A stretch of 64,000 nucleotides of DNA from Bacteroidota bacterium (GCA_030833525.1 JAURGZ010000005.1:253-64252); one strand, 5' to 3'; counted from the first letter of the stretch, positions 19,307 to 29,698 are shown. Made by a program: numbers and translations. Notes: generated from the sequence alone by a model not told the origin.

Positions 19307-21268
19307 ATGGCCTCGCTTGTATCTGCCTATTCACGCCGCCTCGCTGCGCTCGGCGCCAGCGTCCTGCTTGTAAGCACCGCCTTAGCCCAAAGCTACCCCA
19401 TTCGCATTCAAAAGGCCGAATCAGCCCCCCATTATGGGCAAAAAGTCGAACATCCCGAAGTGATCATAGAACGCAATCTGCAGACCCCCTTGTGGCACGT
19501 TTTCGACCCCATGAAGGCCCCAGATGCATTTCTTGAACCCCAAGGAGAATCAGCCGAAATGCCCCTTCCCGAAGGCATCAACGAGGCATTGCGGCAGAAA
19601 ATTGACGCCCGCAGAGAAGCTTCCATTCGCGGCCGCGGTTTGTACAACCAAGATCCTACTCCCAAATCTGACATTGCCCCCGAACAACTCGAAGGATTCG
19701 AAACCGGCGGTGGCGGCGGCACACCCAACGACAACCACGTGGCCGTAGGAAAAGACGGCACCTTCGTCTCGGTCATGAATACGGTGATACGTGTTTGGTC
19801 TCCCGATGGCGGCCTCAAAAAAGCTTGGAGCTTGATCAACTACAGCAAAGTCAATCCCAATATCGACGACATCCCCACCCTGACCCGCGTGTATGACCCC
19901 CGGGTGATATACGATCCCGAAGCCGACCGCTGGATGATCATCTACATGCATGGCACTACCGATATCAGCAGCTTCATCGTGGTGGGATACAGCAGCAGCT
20001 CAGACCCCACCCAACCTTGGAACGTGTACAAAATTGACGGCAGCCCCACCGCAGATACGGCTTGGAGCGACTATCCCATTGTTTCCCAGACCTCCAAAGA
20101 TCTCTTTTTCACCGTCAACCTGTTGCTAAACGGAACCTCCTGGGAAGAGGGATTTCGCGAGGCTGTGATTTGGCAAATGAACAAGGCTGATGGCTATGCC
20201 GGCAAAACCTTGAATCAGAATTTGTTTCGCGGAATCAAGTACGAAGGCGTGAGCATTTGGAGCATTTGCGCCATCCAAAATGGCCCCGAACCCAGCGGCA
20301 CAGACAATTATTTCATGAGCGTTCGACCTTACAGCGAGCGCAACGACACCGTCTTTTTGCACCGCATCACCAATAGTTGGGAGAGCGGCCAAGCCGAATA
20401 CGAATTGCAGGTGCTGCGCAGCGATCTGGAATATGGTTTTCCTCCCTCGGCTTTGCAGCCTCAATCAGGTTTTAAACTTCGAACCAACGATGCTCGGGTC
20501 TTATCGGGCGTGCGCACAGGCAAGCAGATTCACTATGGGCAGAATTGCATGAATTTCCAAAGCCAGCAAGCCCATTTGCTGCACGGGGTCATTTACGGCC
20601 TGGATGAGTCTCCCTTCATTCAAGCCCGCTTGATCACCCATGACAGTTTGGAATTCGGATACCCCGCTTTTGCCGCTGCCGGTGATTCAGATGAAGACCC
20701 ATCGGTCGCACTTTCGGTGGTATACAGCAGCGCTTGGCACTACCCAGGAGCAGGTTTTTTATACTGCAACCGTACCGGCGAATACAGCGATTTCACCGTT
20801 TTGCGCCAAGGCGAGTCCATCATCAATTACACTTACATAGCCCCCGACGAGCAGCGATGGGGTGATTACGAGGGCCTGCAAATGCAGTTCGGAAATCGCC
20901 GCGAATTTTATTCTGTCGGGTCCTACGGCAAAAACAACCAAATGCTGGCCTACGTAGCCCGAGTCAAACTCCACGACGCCCAGTTGGATCAGGCCATCGC
21001 CGAAATTCGCGTATTCCCAGTTCCCAGCCAAGACCGCTCGGTGCAGATCGAAATCAAAGCAGATAAACCCGGCAGCTACCAAGCTTGGCTTGTGAACGCC
21101 TTGGGCCAAAGTTGGAAAAGCGAATCCCTGGCCCTCATGGAATTGGACCTTCCTGCGGGCATACACCGCTATCGTTTGAACACTGAAAACCTCTCTAGCG
21201 GTGTATACACCCTACAAATTGAAGGCCCCGATGGGTTCAAACACAGCCAAAAAATAGTGTTGGAATGA
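19307..21268 (+). CDS. Secreted protein of unknown function with T9SS C-terminal sorting domain
   Basis: Start reset to MASLVSAYSRRLAALGASVLLVSTALAQS (signal peptide) at 19307. The track ORF begins at 19049 with a Cys-rich, non-hydrophobic extension. C-terminal type-A CTD VFPVPSQDRSVQIEI...SSGVYTLQIEGPDGFKHSQKIVLE. Confidence 0.7.
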   Translation: MASLVSAYSRRLAALGASVLLVSTALAQSYPIRIQKAESAPHYGQKVEHPEVIIERNLQTPLWHVFDPMKAPDAFLEPQGESAEMPLPEGINEALRQKIDARREASIRGRGLYNQDPTPKSDIAPEQLEGFETGGGGGTPNDNHVAVGKDGTFVSVMNTVIRVWSPDGGLKKAWSLINYSKVNPNIDDIPTLTRVYDPRVIYDPEADRWMIIYMHGTTDISSFIVVGYSSSSDPTQPWNVYKIDGSPTADTAWSDYPIVSQTSKDLFFTVNLLLNGTSWEEGFREAVIWQMNKADGYAGKTLNQNLFRGIKYEGVSIWSICAIQNGPEPSGTDNYFMSVRPYSERNDTVFLHRITNSWESGQAEYELQVLRSDLEYGFPPSALQPQSGFKLRTNDARVLSGVRTGKQIHYGQNCMNFQSQQAHLLHGVIYGLDESPFIQARLITHDSLEFGYPAFAAAGDSDEDPSVALSVVYSSAWHYPGAGFLYCNRTGEYSDFTVLRQGESIINYTYIAPDEQRWGDYEGLQMQFGNRREFYSVGSYGKNNQMLAYVARVKLHDAQLDQAIAEIRVFPVPSQDRSVQIEIKADKPGSYQAWLVNALGQSWKSESLALMELDLPAGIHRYRLNTENLSSGVYTLQIEGPDGFKHSQKIVLE

Positions 21269-21969
21269 GCGATCCCAATGCCTTGCCAGCCGACGAAGGC
21301 CATGTGTTTCTCTTTGACAAGCCCCTGGGATGGACTTCCTTTCAAGCCGTTAAAAAACTGAAATACCTGAGCAAGTCCAAGAAAATCGGGCATGCCGGCA
21401 CCTTGGATCCCCTGGCTAGCGGCCTCCTCGTAATATGCAGTGGCAAGAAAACCAAAACCATCGAAGCCATTCAAGCCCAGCCCAAAGAATACGATGCTTT
21501 GGTGCGCTTGGGAGCCAGTACCCCCAGTTATGATTTGGAAACAGAGCCTGAACAGTTCACGCCATGGGAGCACTTAGATCGGGAAGCCATCGAACAAGCG
21601 CTGCACTCGTTTCGCGGTGAAATCTGGCAAACCCCACCCCTGTTTTCGGCCATCAAGGTCAATGGAAAAAGGGCCTATGATTTGGCTCGTGCCGGCAGTG
21701 ACCATACCCTCAAATCCAGACCGGTCCAGATTCACGAACTGGAATTGCTTGACATGCAGGGCTCAGACCTTCGCCTGCGCATACGCTGTTCCAAGGGAAC
21801 CTACATTCGCTCCTTGGCACACGATCTGGGAATTGCCTTGGGTACGCGTTCGCATCTGGCGGCCTTAAGACGCACGAAAATCGGTGATTTTTCGGTCGAG
21901 CAAGCTTTGAGCCCCGATCAATGGCAGCGTGAATTCAGACCCGAAAGCGAAGAAACGCCTTCGAATTGA
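21265..21969 (+). CDS. truB: tRNA pseudouridine(55) synthase
   Basis: FLFDKPLGWTSFQAVKKLK...GHAGTLDPLASGLLVICSGKKTK, a TruB catalytic Asp motif. ATGA overlap with the upstream gene. Confidence 0.85.
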   Translation: MSDPNALPADEGHVFLFDKPLGWTSFQAVKKLKYLSKSKKIGHAGTLDPLASGLLVICSGKKTKTIEAIQAQPKEYDALVRLGASTPSYDLETEPEQFTPWEHLDREAIEQALHSFRGEIWQTPPLFSAIKVNGKRAYDLARAGSDHTLKSRPVQIHELELLDMQGSDLRLRIRCSKGTYIRSLAHDLGIALGTRSHLAALRRTKIGDFSVEQALSPDQWQREFRPESEETPSN

Positions 21970-22020
21970 GCAGAATCGGGGGCCGAAAAGTTTGGGCCGG
22001 TATTTGCTATCTTTGGCCGT

Positions 22021-23238
22021 ATGTTGAAAAAGGCTTTGCTAGCTCCTTTCGCTTGGATCCCTGTTTTGTGCTTGGGATTGTGCAGTTGCGCTGACCTCAG
22101 TGCCGAAAAAATGGAATCCCAGGCCAAGTCCTGGTTGGAAACACTGACCACTCCCCAGCAATCTTCGCTGCAAAAAATCGAAAATGGATACCGAGTGAGC
22201 GGTCAAGTGGCCAATCGCCCAAATGCCTTGGTTAGCCTTTGGGAAATGACGCCGAGCCAATTGGTTTTCCTGGATTCGGTTCGCGCCGACGGAAGCGGCC
22301 GATTCAGCATCGAAGGCCAAACCCAAGATTTCGTTTTCGCCATGATCCAAGTAGACGAGCAGCAAGCTGTCTTCTTGGGTCTAGAGAAGCAAAGTAAAGT
22401 CGATGTTCAGATTGACCCCAGCACCCAACCCATGGCCTACAGCCTCAAGGGGGAACAAATTGAAGCCTGCCGAGATCTGCAAAAATTGATTGACCTGAAC
22501 CAGGGATACATTCGCACCTTGAGTGGCATCGAGAAAGAAGCCCAAAGCTTGGCGAATGATGCAGCCGGCATGGCCCGAGGCCAAGAATTGGAAGGCAAAT
22601 ACTACCAAACCTTAGAAGCCCGCGAATCGGCCATTCAAGAATTTGCCTTGGAGCGCGAAAAGGGGTACATCCCCTTCTTCATCATTCAATTCGGCGTATT
22701 GCCTGAACCTTCTTACGAATTGTTCAAACATGCAGTCAAGGCTGCAGAAGCCTACAGCAGCGAGGCTGCCTATACCCAATTGCTCAAAACTCGCTTCGAG
22801 TCAGAGGCCAAGCTCATGATTGGCGCAGTAGCGCCTGACTTGAGTTTCCCCACTCCCAGCGGCGAATCCCTCTCCTTGAGTTCCTTGCGGGGGCAATACG
22901 TCATGCTCGATTTCTGGGCCTCTTGGTGCGGTCCTTGCCGCCGGGAAAACCCCAATGTCGTCAAACTCTACAACCAATACCACAGCAAGGGTTTTGAAAT
23001 ACTAGGCGTCAGTTTGGACCAAGATCCCAACCGTTGGAAACAAGCCATTAGCGCAGATGGCCTTACATGGCCGCACATCAGCGACCTCAAAGGATGGGGC
23101 AGCGAAGCCGCCCAGATCTACCAGGTTCGCAGCATACCCCAGACTTTCTTGCTTGATCCTCAAGGCCGAATCATCGCCAAAGGACTGCGCGGCGAGGAAC
23201 TTGAAAACAAATTGGCTGAATTGCTTGGGGCCGAATAA
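22021..23238 (+). CDS. TlpA-like thiol-disulfide oxidoreductase lipoprotein (N-terminal DUF4369-like domain plus thioredoxin fold)
   Basis: Lipobox LGLCSC. C-terminal thioredoxin domain with WASWCGPCRRENP. Confidence 0.8.
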   Translation: MLKKALLAPFAWIPVLCLGLCSCADLSAEKMESQAKSWLETLTTPQQSSLQKIENGYRVSGQVANRPNALVSLWEMTPSQLVFLDSVRADGSGRFSIEGQTQDFVFAMIQVDEQQAVFLGLEKQSKVDVQIDPSTQPMAYSLKGEQIEACRDLQKLIDLNQGYIRTLSGIEKEAQSLANDAAGMARGQELEGKYYQTLEARESAIQEFALEREKGYIPFFIIQFGVLPEPSYELFKHAVKAAEAYSSEAAYTQLLKTRFESEAKLMIGAVAPDLSFPTPSGESLSLSSLRGQYVMLDFWASWCGPCRRENPNVVKLYNQYHSKGFEILGVSLDQDPNRWKQAISADGLTWPHISDLKGWGSEAAQIYQVRSIPQTFLLDPQGRIIAKGLRGEELENKLAELLGAE

Positions 23239-23301
23239 GCCCTTCTATGCAGCGCTAATCCAGGAGAATTAGCGGTTTGGTAACATTAGCATAACACCCC
23301 G

Positions 23302-24030
23302 ATGAACGTAACAGAATTACTTCGCACTGAGATGGTGAAACAAAATGCGCAAATTCTGATAGCCGATGACGAATTGGATATCCTTGAACTGATTCGCCAT
23401 ACCCTGAACAAAGAAGGTTTTCTAGTCCATGTGGCTTCGAACGGTGCTCAAGCCGTTGAAGTGGCCAAAGACATCAAACCCGATTTGATCATCTTGGATG
23501 TGATGATGCCTGTTATGGACGGCATGGAGGCCTGTCGCCAAATCAAAGAAGACCCCACAACAGCGTCAACACCGATTGTTTTCTTGACCGCGCGCAGCGA
23601 AGAATTTGCTGAATTGGCGGGTTTTGAAGCGGGAGCAGATGATTATATCGCCAAACCCATACGCCCCCGGGTTCTCTTGAGCCGCGTCAAAGCATTGCTG
23701 CGCCGCGGCAATAATTTGGCCATGCCAGAGCCCGAAAAATACGCCTTCGACAACTTAACCATTGACCGAGAGCGTTTTTTAGTGGAATACGAAGGAAAAC
23801 CCCTTCAATTTCCCCGAAAGGAATTCGAATTACTGGCTTTCTTGGCTTCTCGACCTGGACGCGTCTTTACCCGAGATGAAATATTAGAAAACGTATGGGG
23901 CAATGAGGTTCTCGTGGTTGACCGAACCATTGATGTGCACGTGCGCAAGATTCGAGAAAAATTGAATGACCAGTTCATTTACACGGTAAAGGGCGTCGGG
24001 TACAAATTCGATGTCCCTCAGCGTTCCTAA
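23302..24030 (+). CDS. OmpR-family DNA-binding response regulator (receiver plus winged-helix)
   Basis: Receiver ILIADDELDILELI...DLIILDVMMPVMDGMEACRQIK. C-terminal winged helix FTRDEILENVWG...VDVHVRKIREKL. Start may be the internal MVKQNAQ (23332). Confidence 0.8.
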   Translation: MNVTELLRTEMVKQNAQILIADDELDILELIRHTLNKEGFLVHVASNGAQAVEVAKDIKPDLIILDVMMPVMDGMEACRQIKEDPTTASTPIVFLTARSEEFAELAGFEAGADDYIAKPIRPRVLLSRVKALLRRGNNLAMPEPEKYAFDNLTIDRERFLVEYEGKPLQFPRKEFELLAFLASRPGRVFTRDEILENVWGNEVLVVDRTIDVHVRKIREKLNDQFIYTVKGVGYKFDVPQRS

Positions 24031-25232
24031 ATCCCTAAAGTCGAGCGAAGTCCAGCCGCCTTGTCCAGGCATTCTTGGTATTCAGCCTTGGGGTCAGAGT
24101 CAAAGGTAATTGCCCCCCCTACGTGGTATCCCAGCAGGCCCTTGTCTTGATCGAATTGCAGGGCCCGAATGACGACGTTGAAGTCGAAATTCCCGTCGTG
24201 AAACCAACCCACCGAACCTGAGTACAGGCCACGCGCAAAACCTTCGTAGCGATCGATGTGTTCCATTACGGTTCGTTTGGGTGCACCTGTCATGGATCCC
24301 ATGGGAAAGCTAGCCCTCCAAATGTCTTCCAGGCTCATGCCTTCTTGCAGAGTACCCGAAACGGTTGAAATCATTTGATGCACGTGTTCAAAACTGTATA
24401 CGCGGCACAATTCATCGACCTGTACCGTTCCCGGCAAACAAACCCGCGACAGGTCATTGCGCACCAAATCGACGATCATGATGTTCTCAGCGCGATCTTT
24501 TTCAGCGCGTTCCAATTCGGCTACGACCTGCTCATCGTCCATGGATTGACGACGACGCGTGCCCTTGATGGGTTGCGAGAGCAATTTTGCCTCGCGCTTT
24601 TGCAAAAAGCGCTCGGGACTTGAACTGAGCAAATACAGATTGCCCTTTTTCACAAAACAGGCAAAAGGAGCCGGCGAAACTTGCACCAATTGGGCAAATA
24701 AGGCCTGCGGGTCAAGTTCGGCCGAAGCCTCGAATGAAACGCAATAATTCAGTTCATAAAAGTCTCCGTCGACGATATGCCGCCGAATGCGAGAAACCGT
24801 TTGCTCATAACGCTCGGGGTTAGCCGAACTGGACCAATCACCCAATTGAGCCCTCAGCGGGGAAATGGAGCCCAGCGAATGGGGTTGCCAATCGCCGTGA
24901 ATGCGCCCGGCGCGATCGAGTCCCTGCCAAAAACGCGGCTTCATGAACCAGCACTCTGGCCATTCGAATGCCGGTTTGCAGCGGCTTTGCAACCCGTGCA
25001 GAGCGTTTTTAAACTCATAACTGGTCCAACCCAAATGCAACCCCTTTGCTGGAATTTCAGACAACCGAGTATATACGGTTTCGGCACCAAAACCAGCCAA
25101 GCCCAACCAAGTTCCCCGCTCATCGCCTATGCCAGAAGACCACAATATGCATGCTTCTTCGTGCTGACGGCTTTCTTCCAACCAATCCAGCAGCAGGGCT
25201 GGCTCTGATGAAAATGGGGCATGCTCGGGCAT
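24027..25232 (-). CDS. pabB: Chorismate-binding enzyme, aminodeoxychorismate synthase component I-like (short form)
   Basis: 401 aa. GSMTGAPKRTVMEHIDRYEGFARGLYSGSVGWF chorismate-binding signature. Confidence 0.7.
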   Translation of the reverse strand: MPEHAPFSSEPALLLDWLEESRQHEEACILWSSGIGDERGTWLGLAGFGAETVYTRLSEIPAKGLHLGWTSYEFKNALHGLQSRCKPAFEWPECWFMKPRFWQGLDRAGRIHGDWQPHSLGSISPLRAQLGDWSSSANPERYEQTVSRIRRHIVDGDFYELNYCVSFEASAELDPQALFAQLVQVSPAPFACFVKKGNLYLLSSSPERFLQKREAKLLSQPIKGTRRRQSMDDEQVVAELERAEKDRAENIMIVDLVRNDLSRVCLPGTVQVDELCRVYSFEHVHQMISTVSGTLQEGMSLEDIWRASFPMGSMTGAPKRTVMEHIDRYEGFARGLYSGSVGWFHDGNFDFNVVIRALQFDQDKGLLGYHVGGAITFDSDPKAEYQECLDKAAGLRSTLGI

Positions 25233-25246
25233 AGCGCGAAGGTACT

Positions 25247-27043
25247 TTAGCCTTGGTAGAATTCAGCGATTTTCTGCGCCTTGGCGGGACCCACAACAGG
25301 GGTGAGCGCCTCTACCGAGGCCGTTTGAATGCGCTTGATCGACTTGAATTCTTTCAACAGCAGTCGCGCAGTTTCTTCTCCTATACCGGGTATTTCAGTC
25401 AAGGCCGTTTTCAAAGTGCCCTTATCGCGCCTGCTGCGGTGATGGGTGATGCCGAATCGATGCGCTTCGTCGCGCATGTGCTGAATGACCTTCAAGGTTT
25501 CAGACTTCTTGTCGATGTACAGGGGCAAGGGGTCTTCTGGGTAATAAATCTCTTCCAGGCGCTTGGCAATGCCTACCACCGCTAATTTGCCATACACCCC
25601 GACCTTTTTCAGGGCTGAGACCGCAGAACTCAATTGTCCTTTGCCGCCATCGACTACGATCAGCTGGGGCAATTCCTTACCCTCTTCCAGCAAGCGCGAG
25701 TATCGACGGGTGATCACCTCCTTCATGGTGTCGAAATCGTTGGGACCTTCAACCGTCTTGACATTGAAATGCCGATACTCCTGTTTCGCGGGCTTTCCAT
25801 TTTTGAATACCACACAGGCCGAAACCGGGAAAGCCCCTTGAAAATTCGAGTTGTCGAAACACTCGATGTGACGAGGCAAATCGCGCAATCGCAAATCACT
25901 TTTCATTTGCTCCATGAGCCGATCCACGCGCACATCGGGGTTCAATTTTTCATACTGCAGCAGTTTCTCTTGCTTGTAGAGCAGCGCGTTTTTCAGCGAC
26001 AATTCCAACAAGCGGCGCTTGTCTCCAATTTTGGGAACCGTCAGACGGGCTGATTCATCTTCCAAATCGACGGGCTCTGGAAGCACGATCTCATGTCCGA
26101 AATCTCCATAACTGCTGCGCATTTCTGAAATGGCGTGCAACAGCAATTCAGCATGACTCTCGTCCATCTTTTTGCGAATCTCCAAGTTGCGCGAAATGAT
26201 GACCATGCCTTGGCTAACCCTTAGAAAATTGACGAAAGCCAATTTCTCTGTGCTCGAGATACCAAACACTTCCAAATCGCCCAAAGACGGATTCACCACC
26301 GTGCTTCGACTCTGATATTGATCGAGCATGTCCAGGCGGTCTTTATACCCTTGGGCATCCTCAAAGCGCAGTTGACTGGCGGCTTCCCCCATCTGATGCT
26401 TCAAATGCTGGCGCACCTGAGCCAAATTCCCTTTGAGCAGGTGGCGAATTTGCTCAATGCTATCTCGGTAAGCTTCGGCTGACTGAAAGCCTTCGCAAGG
26501 CCCCAAGCAATTGCCAATTTGGTAATCCAGGCAGATTTTGAATTTGCCTGCCGCTATGCTGCTTTCGGTCAAGGCCAATTGGCAGCTGCGCGTGGGATAC
26601 AGTTGCTTCACTGTATCTAGCACGCTGTGCATGACCCGGGGCGAGGCGTAGGGCCCGAAATATTCGCTACCATCGTTGACACGGTTGCGCATGGCATATA
26701 CCTTGGGAAAGGGCTCCCTGGTAATCTTGATATAGGGATAACTCTTGTCGTCCTTGAGGTTGATGTTGTAGCGCGGCTGAAACTCCTTGATCAGGCTGTT
26801 TTCCAGCAAAAGCGCATCCATTTCGGTATCGACTACGGTGAATTCGATGCGGCAAATCTTGCTGACCAGCACATCGGTTTTTCGGTTGTCGTGTTGCTGT
26901 TTATTGAAATACGACGAGACCCGCTTTTTCAAGCTCTTGGCTTTGCCCACGTAAATGATGCGATCTTCGGCATCGAAATACTTGTAAACCCCGGGCTTTT
27001 CGGGCAGCATTCGCAGGGTTTTCTTCAAGAATTCGGGAGCCAT
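25247..27043 (-). CDS. uvrC: Excinuclease ABC subunit C
   Basis: GIY-YIG N-terminus PGVYKYFDAEDRIIYVGKAKSLKKRVSSYF. UvrBC and RNaseH-like domains. C-terminal HhH. Confidence 0.9.
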   Translation of the reverse strand: MAPEFLKKTLRMLPEKPGVYKYFDAEDRIIYVGKAKSLKKRVSSYFNKQQHDNRKTDVLVSKICRIEFTVVDTEMDALLLENSLIKEFQPRYNINLKDDKSYPYIKITREPFPKVYAMRNRVNDGSEYFGPYASPRVMHSVLDTVKQLYPTRSCQLALTESSIAAGKFKICLDYQIGNCLGPCEGFQSAEAYRDSIEQIRHLLKGNLAQVRQHLKHQMGEAASQLRFEDAQGYKDRLDMLDQYQSRSTVVNPSLGDLEVFGISSTEKLAFVNFLRVSQGMVIISRNLEIRKKMDESHAELLLHAISEMRSSYGDFGHEIVLPEPVDLEDESARLTVPKIGDKRRLLELSLKNALLYKQEKLLQYEKLNPDVRVDRLMEQMKSDLRLRDLPRHIECFDNSNFQGAFPVSACVVFKNGKPAKQEYRHFNVKTVEGPNDFDTMKEVITRRYSRLLEEGKELPQLIVVDGGKGQLSSAVSALKKVGVYGKLAVVGIAKRLEEIYYPEDPLPLYIDKKSETLKVIQHMRDEAHRFGITHHRSRRDKGTLKTALTEIPGIGEETARLLLKEFKSIKRIQTASVEALTPVVGPAKAQKIAEFYQG

Positions 27044-27109
27044 GATTCAGGTTCAAAGTTCGGGGAAATTCCCCAATGCTCCCTTCGACTTGGGGCATTC
27101 GGCTGAGAA

Positions 27110-27931
27110 TCAGTGGCCAATGGTCACCGTTTGGGCCTGCAAGGTTTCTCCAAAAAACAAGGTGGCCATTTCTTGGAATCGCTGGGCTGATCCGCTGGTG
27201 AAGTACTGCCGAGTCCCGGTCTGACTCAGGCTTTGCGCAAATGAGCTGTGGCGAGAGAGGTAATCGTCTAAACGCTCTGCTACGATATCACCTTGGGCGA
27301 GAAAGTGCATACCCGGAGCCACTTGCTCCAGCAGCGGCAGCAATATGGGGTAATGGGTACAGGCTAGCAGAACAGCATCTATTGCGGGATCCTGCTGCAT
27401 CAATAATTGCATTTGCTGGCTCACTTCTGCCGCAGCTTCAGGGGTGTCGAATGCATGATTTTCTACCAATGGAACCCATGTCGGACAGGCCAATTGGGTC
27501 ACCTGCAATTCGGGAAAGAATTTTTTTAACTCCAACGGATAAGACCCTGAATCAACGGTTCCTTGAGTACCCAAAATACCCACGTGACCGCTTTTGGAAA
27601 AAGCCCCCAGCTGTTCAGTGGTCGGGCGAATTACGCCGAGCAAGCGTTTTCCATCTCCACGCAAAGGCAAATCGCATTGTTGAAGTTGCCGCAAGGCCTT
27701 GGCTGAAGCCGTATTGCAGGCCAAAATGACCAAGTCGCAATCGGCTTGGTCAAACAACCAATTCACACATTCTCGGGTGAACTGATAAACCGTCTCGAAT
27801 GATCGGTTGCCATAGGGAGCGCGCGCATTGTCTCCCAGGTATACAAAATCAAATTGGGGCAATCGATTCAGCAGCGAGCGCAGCACTGTGAGCCCACCGT
27901 ATCCCGAATCGAATACCCCAATTTTAGGCAA
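27110..27931 (-). CDS. murI: Glutamate racemase
   Basis: IGVFDSGYGGLTV...YLGDNARAPYG and ACNTAS motifs. Confidence 0.85.
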   Translation of the reverse strand: MPKIGVFDSGYGGLTVLRSLLNRLPQFDFVYLGDNARAPYGNRSFETVYQFTRECVNWLFDQADCDLVILACNTASAKALRQLQQCDLPLRGDGKRLLGVIRPTTEQLGAFSKSGHVGILGTQGTVDSGSYPLELKKFFPELQVTQLACPTWVPLVENHAFDTPEAAAEVSQQMQLLMQQDPAIDAVLLACTHYPILLPLLEQVAPGMHFLAQGDIVAERLDDYLSRHSSFAQSLSQTGTRQYFTSGSAQRFQEMATLFFGETLQAQTVTIGH

Positions 27932-27938
27932 AATCGAA

Positions 27939-28451
27939 TTAGTTTTTCAGCATGTAGGCAATCACCGCATTGGTGATATCATCGCCTGTATTGGCGCTCC
28001 AAAGCACGATGCCGGCTGAATTGTCGAATACATGGGCATAACCCTTGGTCTTGGCCACTTCACCGCTGGCTTTTTTGATGCTCTCGACGATGGGCTCTAG
28101 CAAAACGGCGCGCTGGTATTGCATGTCTTGCTCACCGGCAGCCTGCGTTTCTTGGTACTGCTGCACCAAGCGCTGGTAATTCTTCTGGATCAATTCCAAC
28201 TGGGCTTGGGTAGCACCGCTTTTGGCTTTGGTCTCATATGCGATTTGCTCGTTTTGAATTTCAGACTCGAGTATGCGCAAATCTTCATCGTAGCTAGCGG
28301 CGATCTTCTGCAACTTCAGTTCTGCAGAGTCCTTAGCGGGCAATGTATCGATCAAGGTTTGAATGTTCACATAAGCTACTTTCTGGGCTTGTGCCGTAGA
28401 GCCAAAGGCCACCAAAACGGCCAACAGGCTAAGAGTAATGAATTTTTTCAT
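27939..28451 (-). CDS. OmpH/Skp family periplasmic chaperone
   Basis: Signal peptide MKKFITLSLLAVLVAFGSTAQAQKVAYVNIQ. Coiled-coil OmpH body. Start reset to 28451. Confidence 0.75.
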   Translation of the reverse strand: MKKFITLSLLAVLVAFGSTAQAQKVAYVNIQTLIDTLPAKDSAELKLQKIAASYDEDLRILESEIQNEQIAYETKAKSGATQAQLELIQKNYQRLVQQYQETQAAGEQDMQYQRAVLLEPIVESIKKASGEVAKTKGYAHVFDNSAGIVLWSANTGDDITNAVIAYMLKN

Positions 28452-28473
28452 GTATAGACGTGTGTTTAATGTA

Positions 28474-29016
28474 TTAGTTGCGGGTGCCTGTTTCTGAGTC
28501 TTCAATGGGAACTCCCAATTCTATCAGCACCTCGTAGGTTTTGTCATAACGCGCGTCGGCGTACAGCATTTGCACCCCGCTGGCTTTATCGAAAACGAAG
28601 CTATAACCCTCGGCTTTGGCCACCTTTTGAATGGCATCAAAAACCTTGTCTTGAAGGGGGCGAACCAATTCTTCGCGCTTTTTGAACAGGGCCCCGTTGG
28701 GACCAAATTTATCGGTGCGAAAAGCCAATAATTCTCCTTCCAATTTGGCAATGGCTTCTTGTTTTTGGCGCTTTTGATCGGCTGTCAACCAAACTTCTTC
28801 GGCTTGCAAATCGCTGCGCATTTGATCCAATTGCCCCTGCATTTGTTGGGCATCAGCCTGCCATTGAACGGCCATGTCGTCGAGCTGGGATTGAGCCGAC
28901 CGAAACTCAGGCATGCGCTGCAAGATCAATTCGGTATCGACGTAGGCCAATTTTTGGTTTTGTGCATTGAGCGCTCCCAAAACCGAAAACAGCAGGACGA
29001 ACAGGGATTTTTTCAT
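28474..29016 (-). CDS. OmpH/Skp family periplasmic chaperone (second tandem copy)
   Basis: MKKSLFVLLFSVLGALNAQNQKLAYVDTELI. The tandem ompH-ompH-murI arrangement is typical of Bacteroidota. Confidence 0.75.
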   Translation of the reverse strand: MKKSLFVLLFSVLGALNAQNQKLAYVDTELILQRMPEFRSAQSQLDDMAVQWQADAQQMQGQLDQMRSDLQAEEVWLTADQKRQKQEAIAKLEGELLAFRTDKFGPNGALFKKREELVRPLQDKVFDAIQKVAKAEGYSFVFDKASGVQMLYADARYDKTYEVLIELGVPIEDSETGTRN

Positions 29017-29182
29017 GCGGGGGTAAAATCAAGTTCCGTGCCAATTGGCACGAAGTCACGAATTTATTGAATTTTCACTGATTCTTGGGATCTCTGCATT
29101 GAAAATCAACACCATTTTTCGGGCGGCCGCGCAGCGGCCGCAGGGACAAGCTTTTCTGACTCGAGCATCGCTTGGTGCGGCT

Positions 29183-29698
29183 TTAGCGTACCTGAAGAAA
29201 AAGAGTTTCGGTGAGTACCCACGGGCTCGTGTTCAAGGCCCGGTCAACCAAGCGACACTCGTACCGCACCGAGTCCCCGGCGTAACCATAAGGTTTGGCC
29301 GGTATTCGAAGTGTAAGGTCACCGCTGATGCCCTTGTGTTTGCCACTGGGTGTCAGATTGGGGAGGCGCTCAGAAAGAACCAAGGTATCAGCAGGACTCA
29401 GGGGATTGAGCGGCGCGATCCAGCGACCATCGATGCAATGCCAATATCGAACTTGAAAATTGTAGAAAAAGGGATCTCCGTATGCGAATGGATACAAGGA
29501 GTCACGGGGCTCAAGGCCTAGGTCTCCATTCCCATCGGCGTATCGAAATTGCAGCAGGACCAAAGAATCGCGCTCGGGAGTGGCCGAAACGATTTCGCTC
29601 GACACCCAGGCCAATTCGGGCCGTTCGGAAACCGTATCTTCGCCCCGACAAGCCCACAGCATCGTCAGACCCATGAACAGCACCTTGGAAAATCGCAT
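29183..29698 (-). CDS. Hypothetical lipoprotein
   Basis: Lipoprotein signal MRFSKVLFMGLTMLWAC. 5-prime end overlaps the divergent LuxE-like start by ~26 nt (CATG shared at 29672-29675), so confidence is reduced. Confidence 0.45.
   Translation of the reverse strand: MRFSKVLFMGLTMLWACRGEDTVSERPELAWVSSEIVSATPERDSLVLLQFRYADGNGDLGLEPRDSLYPFAYGDPFFYNFQVRYWHCIDGRWIAPLNPLSPADTLVLSERLPNLTPSGKHKGISGDLTLRIPAKPYGYAGDSVRYECRLVDRALNTSPWVLTETLFLQVR

Noticed and set aside
21970-22020. Possible weak hairpin after truB (gggccgaaaagtttgggccgg)
   Set aside because: Arms are not actually complementary on inspection.
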